Shown here one piece after another: positions 58,916 through 64,000 of a stretch of 64,000 nt of DNA. Below the pieces are notes generated by a model. The model worked only from the letters and a program-made list of their open reading frames with translations, made no database searches and was not told where the DNA came from. Each line of letters opens with the position of its first letter. The stretch's first letter is position 1. Position numbers and translations under genes: made by a program. Origin of the DNA: a virus. The DNA lies in IMG/VR virus record IMGVR_UViG_3300021961_000054, positions 17,217 through 81,216 of that record; one strand, given 5' to 3'.

Positions 58916-59262
58916 TCTGTTATAAAAACAGAGTCACCTTCTTTTATGTCATATTTTTCACAATCACCACCATTTATTTCTAAAATCAAATCAGCAACAC
59001 CACTATATCTAGGACAGTTATCTTCTCTACATGGAGGGCAATTACTATGAATTTTATTAATTTTTAAATCTTTTATGAAAATAATATCTAAAGACGTTAT
59101 GCAGTTTTTCATCCAAAAAGAATGGGAACTAATTTCATTAAAAACGAATAACATACCATTAAAATCATCGTTAAATTTTTTATACATCATACCATTTTCA
59201 ATATCCTGTCTAGTAATAACTGGTATGACTTTAAGTAGATTATCATTTATAATTAACTCCAT
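58912..59262 (-). CDS. DUF192 family protein
   Basis: GMM...GMLFVF...SFWMKN...LDIIFI...PC...ILEINGG. Confidence 0.85.
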   Translation of the reverse strand: MELIINDNLLKVIPVITRQDIENGMMYKKFNDDFNGMLFVFNEISSHSFWMKNCITSLDIIFIKDLKINKIHSNCPPCREDNCPRYSGVADLILEINGGDCEKYDIKEGDSVFITD

Positions 59263-59274
59263 ATTTATAAATAT
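59261..59274. promoter_or_regulatory. 14-bp palindrome carrying TATTTAT on both strands (putative bidirectional promoter)
   Basis: ATATTTATAAATAT occupies most of the 18-nt gap between divergent genes. Confidence 0.55.
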
Positions 59275-59280
59275 GTAATT

Positions 59281-59694
59281 ATGGATAAATTTAAAAGATA
59301 TTCAGGTGTAATTTTAAAAGTTGATGATGACATTTTACTATGTAAAAGATCACCAAAAGAATCAATGGCAAATGAATGGTCAATACCATCTGGTGGTATT
59401 GAATCAAACGAAACACCAATTAACGCGGCTCATAGAGAGTTTAAAGAAGAAACAAATATTTCATTACCAGATAATTTAAATTTAGTTGGATTAATAAATA
59501 AGTATAAAAAAGACGGCACTACAAAAAAAGGTATTTTGTATGTATTTTTATCTAAATGTGATAAAAAATATAAACCAAATTTAGTTAAGGCTAAAGATGG
59601 TCATGAACATACTAGTTGTAAGTATTTTACTAAAAAAACATTACCAATTAGTGAAAATAATAAAGATTTAATTAAAATTATTAAATTTTTATAA
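59281..59694 (+). CDS. Nudix hydrolase
   Basis: GGIESNETPINAAHREFKEET Nudix box. Confidence 0.9.
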   Translation: MDKFKRYSGVILKVDDDILLCKRSPKESMANEWSIPSGGIESNETPINAAHREFKEETNISLPDNLNLVGLINKYKKDGTTKKGILYVFLSKCDKKYKPNLVKAKDGHEHTSCKYFTKKTLPISENNKDLIKIIKFL

Positions 59695-59729
59695 AAAAAA
59701 TTGATTTTTTATAAAAAACATATATTTAT

Positions 59730-59827
59730 ATGTTACATAAAAAACTAAATCAACCTTCTTCTTATCAATAAAAAATGGTTTAGAATATTAAAACCCATAA
59801 AACTTTAAATTTTTTATGGGTTTTTTT
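59730..59827 (+). ncRNA. Candidate small RNA (or 13-aa micro-ORF transcript)
   Basis: TATTTAT at 59723-59729, about 95 nt with no substantial ORF, then a terminator. Confidence 0.3.
59790..59827 (+). terminator. Intrinsic terminator
   Basis: AAAACCCATAAAA-loop-TTTTATGGGTTTT plus T-run. Confidence 0.75.
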
Positions 59828-59855
59828 GTTTATTTTAAAAATTTACTTATATTTG
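59825..59855 (+). promoter_or_regulatory. Bacteroidota primary-sigma promoter, near-leaderless
   Basis: TTTG 59825-59828, 19-nt spacer, TATATTTG 59848-59855; ATG at 59860. Confidence 0.65.
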
Positions 59856-59859
59856 TAAT

Positions 59860-60132
59860 ATGAAAGTAGGATATAATATTAAGGTAATAAACGAAAAGTT
59901 TGGTGAATTGGTAAACGAAACGTTTATGAATGAAATTCAGTTTAAACTTTTTTTAAAAATGATACACGCAAGTATTGAATTAAAACAAAATTTAACTTTT
60001 TTTAATGGAGATACTTTTTTTGTTAATATACCAGCTAGTACTCTAAAAGATTCTATTGTTGTTACAAACACAAAAGAATTGTCTATGACTGAACAGGTTA
60101 GAAGTAAAATTGAAGCATTAGTAACTAAATAA
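59860..60132 (+). CDS. Hypothetical protein
   Basis: 90-aa ORF. Confidence 0.6.
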   Translation: MKVGYNIKVINEKFGELVNETFMNEIQFKLFLKMIHASIELKQNLTFFNGDTFFVNIPASTLKDSIVVTNTKELSMTEQVRSKIEALVTK

Positions 60133-60134
60133 TT

Positions 60135-60575
60135 ATGAAAAATTTATATATAGCATTTTTAATCTTTTTTTCATTAATATCTTGTGAAAAAGAGCCAATT
60201 GGACCACCAAATCCACCAGAACCAATAATAAGTGACACATTAGAAATTGACTCTACCTATAATTTAACTGGACAAATTTGGGTTATATCACAATATAGGG
60301 TTGGCCAATTTGGTGAAATTTTTCCATTAAACGATACTATAACGTTCCTAGATTTAAATACGTATACATATAATGGTTTTGAATCGTCATATTCGTTTTA
60401 TCCAACGGCATCAGCTTATAATTTAACATTAAATTATACACCATTTGGTAATCTTAGCGGTACCATATATCAGGGCAACTTAAATCTTGGTGTTATGAAT
60501 GGTTTAAAGTTTACTGACATTACAATTGGATCTAGTAATCAAACTGAGTATTATTTTTGGATGACAAGACAGTAA
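60135..60575 (+). CDS. Lipoprotein (lipocalin-like beta protein)
   Basis: Signal peptide with LISC lipobox followed by EKE; LTGQIW motif. Confidence 0.65.
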   Translation: MKNLYIAFLIFFSLISCEKEPIGPPNPPEPIISDTLEIDSTYNLTGQIWVISQYRVGQFGEIFPLNDTITFLDLNTYTYNGFESSYSFYPTASAYNLTLNYTPFGNLSGTIYQGNLNLGVMNGLKFTDITIGSSNQTEYYFWMTRQ

Positions 60576-60640
60576 ATTAATAAACTAATTTTTCCTTGTT
60601 TAGAAAAACAAGGTGGTGGAGTCGGAATATATATTCCATT

Positions 60641-60676
60641 AAAAAATAAAGGAGGGTTATACCTCCTTTATTTTTT
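60641..60676. terminator. Bidirectional terminator overlapping the sigma-fusion stop
   Basis: 15-bp perfect stem AAAAAATAAAGGAGG / CCTCCTTTATTTTTT with a 6-nt loop. Confidence 0.75.
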
Positions 60677-61670
60677 CTAACTCAATCTTAAGATTTTTTT
60701 TAGCCTTATGTAACTGTGATTTAGATGTGCCAATGTTAATACCTAATTTATCAGCAATTTCATCGTGCTGTAAATCATCAAAGTAATATAAATTAAAAAT
60801 CTCTTGTTGTTTTTTTGGTAATTCTAAAATAGCATTTTTTATATCACTATCATCATATAGTCCCATATATCTATCATCATATTCATCTTCTTCACTATCA
60901 TATCTATCAAAATCAAAATCTGAAACCTTATTACCTTTTTGTTTTCTAATTGTATCTATTGTGTTGTTTCTAACAATCATAGCAAGCCACGCACCAATTT
61001 TATCTGGGTTATCACTAAATTTTTCTAAATTATTAAAAGCTTTTATAAAACCATCTTGACAAAAATCCTTAGCCTTTTCCCTATCACCATCAGCGTACTT
61101 TAAACAAACATTATTATATATTGGATTAAACCAATTACGATATGCTAAATCAAAATCTATATTTTCATTTAGTTTATTATATAATTTAGCCTCATTTATT
61201 AGGTCAAAATCATAATTACTAAAAGATTCCGTAAGCTTTAATTCGGCATCATTTTTTAAACCCTCTATAAATTTACGCATACCATTAGCAAAATTTTTAA
61301 CTAAGGGTATTTTTGACAATAACATCTTATCCAAAAAATCCAAAGTTTTACCAGACCACTTTAGTATTGTTTTTAGTAACCAACCAAGTATTGGAACTTC
61401 TGAAACTGCCGAAACAACTTTACTACCCAAGACAAATGGTTTTGTTGCCCAATCAATCCCTGGTATCGCAGAAACTAGAGTTAATAATGCAAATGTATTT
61501 TTACCCTGACGCCAGTAAGATATTGCATTACCAATATCAACAATACCAGTAGGATCGAAAATACCAACAATATCTGCTATAGTATTTAGAATACCCTCAT
61601 TTAATGAAAATTCTAAATTATTATTATTAACTATTAAATTATATTGACTTTCTGTAATTATAATTTTCAT
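60657..61670 (-). CDS. Fusion protein: MKIIITESQ leader, pre-toxin-like helical domain, ECF sigma70 factor
   Basis: C-half has AKDFCQDGFIKAF, AWL..IVRN..ID.IRK, LPKKQQEIF.L...H.EIA..LGI..GTSKSQLHKAK; N-half has DIVGIFDPTGIVDIGNAISY...G....A...LVSAIP. Confidence 0.8.
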   Translation of the reverse strand: MKIIITESQYNLIVNNNNLEFSLNEGILNTIADIVGIFDPTGIVDIGNAISYWRQGKNTFALLTLVSAIPGIDWATKPFVLGSKVVSAVSEVPILGWLLKTILKWSGKTLDFLDKMLLSKIPLVKNFANGMRKFIEGLKNDAELKLTESFSNYDFDLINEAKLYNKLNENIDFDLAYRNWFNPIYNNVCLKYADGDREKAKDFCQDGFIKAFNNLEKFSDNPDKIGAWLAMIVRNNTIDTIRKQKGNKVSDFDFDRYDSEEDEYDDRYMGLYDDSDIKNAILELPKKQQEIFNLYYFDDLQHDEIADKLGINIGTSKSQLHKAKKNLKIELEKIKEV

Positions 61671-61676
61671 ATTTTT

Positions 61677-61683
61677 ATAAATA
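61677..61683 (-). promoter_or_regulatory. TATTTAT putative late promoter (minus strand)
   Basis: 6 nt upstream of the sigma-fusion ATG. Confidence 0.55.
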
Positions 61684-61728
61684 TCTTAAAATATTTAATA
61701 TTTATTTTTATAAAAAAAAATTAATAAA

Positions 61729-61911
61729 ATGAAAATAAAATTATTGTTTATTATTTTAACTATTTCTACATTAACTGCTTGTAAAACGAGTAAAGAAAAC
61801 TGTGAAGCATATAGTTATTATGAAGAAAATTTAAATGATATTGAATTTGATATATCAAAACAACATCAGAGGAGATTAGAAAATTTTAACACAACAGTTG
61901 TTATAAAGTAA
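61729..61911 (+). CDS. Small lipoprotein
   Basis: LTAC lipobox followed by CEAY. Confidence 0.55.
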   Translation: MKIKLLFIILTISTLTACKTSKENCEAYSYYEENLNDIEFDISKQHQRRLENFNTTVVIK

Positions 61912-61951
61912 TTTTTGGAATTAAATTTGTTCAACCGTAATTAAAAAAATT

Positions 61952-62611
61952 ATGGAAACAAAGAAACACAAATCATTAGAATTAGAAACCAAAAGAATTA
62001 GTTTTCTTTTAGTTGGTTTTTTATTTGCTGGCGCAATGACATTAGCCTCATTTTCGTATACCAATGTTTTAACAAACTATAAACCTATAATTAATAGTGG
62101 GAAGAGCACTACAATTAATTATATGGTTGAGTCAAAGGTTGATCCACCAAAAATCTTGGAGTTACCAAAGATACAATACACACCACCTATTGATGAAAAA
62201 ATAAAAGAAAAAGAAAATGAAAAAAAAATAATAACACCAGTTGTCACTGTTGGGCCACCAAATATTGTTGATACTACTGAAATAATAATATCAGAAGAAA
62301 TTATTGATTTTCCAGATAAAGACGCTATGTTCCCGGGTGGTGTCATTGAGATGATTAAATGGGTTGTACAAAATATAGATTATCCAGAGGCAGCAATCGA
62401 ATTCAATGAACAAGGTAGAGTATACCTATCATTTATTGTCGAACCAGATGGGTCAATTACTAATATAACAATAGAACGAGGCGTTAGCTTTGATCTAGAC
62501 AAAGAAGCAAAAAGAGTTGTAAAAACAATGCCAAATTGGATTCCAGGTGAAAAAGGAGGAAAAAAGGTTAGGACTAGATGCTCACTCCCAATTAATTTTG
62601 AAATAAATTAA
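61952..62611 (+). CDS. tonB: Energy transducer TonB (Bacteroidota type)
   Basis: N-terminal TM, Pro-rich linker, FPGG...YPEAA...QGRVYLSFIVEPDG...LDKEAKRVV..MP.W.PG...LPINF. Confidence 0.85.
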   Translation: METKKHKSLELETKRISFLLVGFLFAGAMTLASFSYTNVLTNYKPIINSGKSTTINYMVESKVDPPKILELPKIQYTPPIDEKIKEKENEKKIITPVVTVGPPNIVDTTEIIISEEIIDFPDKDAMFPGGVIEMIKWVVQNIDYPEAAIEFNEQGRVYLSFIVEPDGSITNITIERGVSFDLDKEAKRVVKTMPNWIPGEKGGKKVRTRCSLPINFEIN

Positions 62612-62641
62612 TATTTTTCTTTTATATTGATTTATTTTTCT

Positions 62642-62649
62642 TATCTTTG
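62642..62649 (+). promoter_or_regulatory. Bacteroidota -7 element TAnnTTTG
   Basis: TATCTTTG 20 nt before ATG 62670. Confidence 0.5.
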
Positions 62650-62669
62650 TAAAACAAACAAGATAAGAT

Positions 62670-62993
62670 ATGAAATTTGATATGACATTTACTGATTGGA
62701 AAGAAGGAAAACACAAAAACTTTACAAAACTTGTAATCAAAGGAGTTAACTCTACTATTGATGGTACATATACCATCAAAAAAATGGCGGACTTTGGTAA
62801 TGGCTTTTGGTTTTACACCAATGAAGCTCACGTAAATGTTGACGACATAACACAACCTTTAACAAAAGGACAATCTTGTGATGGTTGGGATGTTACATTC
62901 TTTAGACAAAAAACCGAGCTTCGTGTAGCATATAAATCCAACAAAAACTATATGGAGAGACGAATTCCTATTGATAAATTTTACTTTGAATAA
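62670..62993 (+). CDS. Hypothetical early protein
   Basis: 107-aa ORF behind a host-type promoter. Confidence 0.6.
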   Translation: MKFDMTFTDWKEGKHKNFTKLVIKGVNSTIDGTYTIKKMADFGNGFWFYTNEAHVNVDDITQPLTKGQSCDGWDVTFFRQKTELRVAYKSNKNYMERRIPIDKFYFE

Positions 62994-63016
62994 ATTATAA
63001 TTAAAAAATAAAAAAT

Positions 63017-63109
63017 ATGATAGTATATTTCGTTGGCGGAATTTGTTTTGGTGTGGTCATAAAACCATATGTTGATAGATTGATTATTAACCATGTAAAT
63101 AAAAAATAA
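63017..63109 (+). CDS. Small TM peptide (30 aa)
   Basis: MIVYFVGGICFGVVIKPYVDRLIINHVNKK, coupled by TAATG to the next gene. Confidence 0.45.
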   Translation: MIVYFVGGICFGVVIKPYVDRLIINHVNKK

Positions 63110-64000
63110 TGGGGATTAAAAAATTAAAAGAAGAGAATAAAAATTTATCATTAACACTAATTGATATGTTAGGTAGATTTGATACTAGTAAAACAAAAAA
63201 GTATACGCAGTTTTTGGTAAACGAATTAAAAAAAACCGACTTTGACTTGTATGTGTTTAATAAAAATTTAGTTGATGATTTAATTGGGGATGAAAAATTA
63301 GAAGACAAAGCTACAAAGTATGTTGTTTGTTCTATTTTAGGACATCAGAATATGTGCTCATTTATTGAGTTTTGTGATTTAATGGAAAAAGGTCTTGTCG
63401 AAGAAAAAGATATATCAACATATAATTCCTGGGATAAGCTAATGTTTGAACTGCATAAGGCAAAAAATAAGGAACTTTTTAAAAACTCAAAGAAAGAAAT
63501 TAAAGTACTTTTTGAAAATGAAGATTATATTATTTTAAAACCTTTAAGTCATAGTTCTTCGTGTGTATATGGATATAATACAAAATGGTGCACGGCTATG
63601 GTAACTGACCCAGAGTATTTTTATAACCACTCTAAAGGTATTTTAGTTTATGTTTTGGATCAAAAAAATAATAAAAAATTTGGATTTTATAAGTCGTTAC
63701 ATACCGACACTCCATTAAACGACAACACATTATTTACAGTATGGGACGAAAAGGATAATCAAATAGATTCAATACAAACAGGATTACCATATTATATCTT
63801 ACAACTTTTATTGACTGAATTTAATACTAATTCGATTCCAAATTATAACTTTTTTTCAGATGATGAGACAATAAAGATGACAAATATTTTAGGTGAGTAT
63901 AAAACAGAAGTGGACCAGCCAAGGGAATATGTGGAACCAAGAACATTTACAGCAACCCAAAGACCAAATCCATTTACTTGGTGGGTAAACACAACACCAC
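63109..64000 (+). CDS. WCT-motif (PcfJ-like) protein, 3'-truncated by window edge
   Basis: Not in the track; open from ATG 63109 to the window end. KPLS..SS..YG.NTKWCTA...YF...GILVY. Confidence 0.75.
   Translation, partial: MGIKKLKEENKNLSLTLIDMLGRFDTSKTKKYTQFLVNELKKTDFDLYVFNKNLVDDLIGDEKLEDKATKYVVCSILGHQNMCSFIEFCDLMEKGLVEEKDISTYNSWDKLMFELHKAKNKELFKNSKKEIKVLFENEDYIILKPLSHSSSCVYGYNTKWCTAMVTDPEYFYNHSKGILVYVLDQKNNKKFGFYKSLHTDTPLNDNTLFTVWDEKDNQIDSIQTGLPYYILQLLLTEFNTNSIPNYNFFSDDETIKMTNILGEYKTEVDQPREYVEPRTFTATQRPNPFTWWVNTTP

Noticed and set aside
60607-60640. GGTGGTGGAGTCGG resembles a tRNA 5' half / D-arm
   Set aside because: No T-loop (GTTCRA), anticodon arm or matching acceptor 3' strand.
1658-63308. 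Many short antisense or alternate-frame ORFs in the track (e.g. 1658-1945, 2774-3094, 34646-34990, 43092-43520, 63087-63308)
   Set aside because: They are nested in longer genes with recognisable motifs and have no initiation context; these are typical shadow ORFs.
1-64000. Eukaryotic giant virus or bacterial chromosome origin (LRR, DnaJ, plant-like GT)
   Set aside because: Contractile-tail baseplate genes, bacterial sigma factors, overlapping operons and Bacteroidota promoters indicate a large bacteriophage.

Overview
A 64-kb, strongly AT-rich, gene-dense segment of a large (jumbo-type) myovirus-like bacteriophage genome. It uses the standard genetic code, and no rRNA, tRNA, CRISPR array or reverse transcriptase is visible. 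The host is most likely in Bacteroidota, based on TTTG-N19/20-TAnnTTTG promoters, SprB repeats, a Bacteroidota-type TonB, an Hc1-like protein and AT-rich leaders without Shine-Dalgarno sequences. Layout: 1-26 kb is a baseplate/tail/adhesin module; 24-39.5 kb holds RuvC-like resolvase, primase, PD-(D/E)XK nuclease, SbcD/SbcC-like nuclease, a sigma70 and three tandem C5 DNA methyltransferases; 40-46 kb holds putative lysis and head-associated genes; 46-64 kb holds accessory genes (DnaJ, LRR protein, DUF932, Trx/Grx, MetK-like, acidic proteins, DUF3310, DUF192, Nudix, ECF sigma fusion, TonB). Best candidate new system: a protein O-glycosyltransferase resembling plant SGT1/HPAT (GT96/GT95) embedded among tail genes whose products carry mucin-like poly-Thr/Pro-Thr tracts and a recurrent (S/T)-G-x-(T/S) motif, suggesting a phage virion glycosylation system. 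Other leads are a probably virion-packaged, protease-processed ECF sigma fusion; a catalytically dead MetK-like protein; accessory genes bracketed by duplicated translation-start regions; a recurring TATTTAT late-promoter motif; and two candidate structured RNAs. All family assignments come from motif recognition by eye; no database searches were run.
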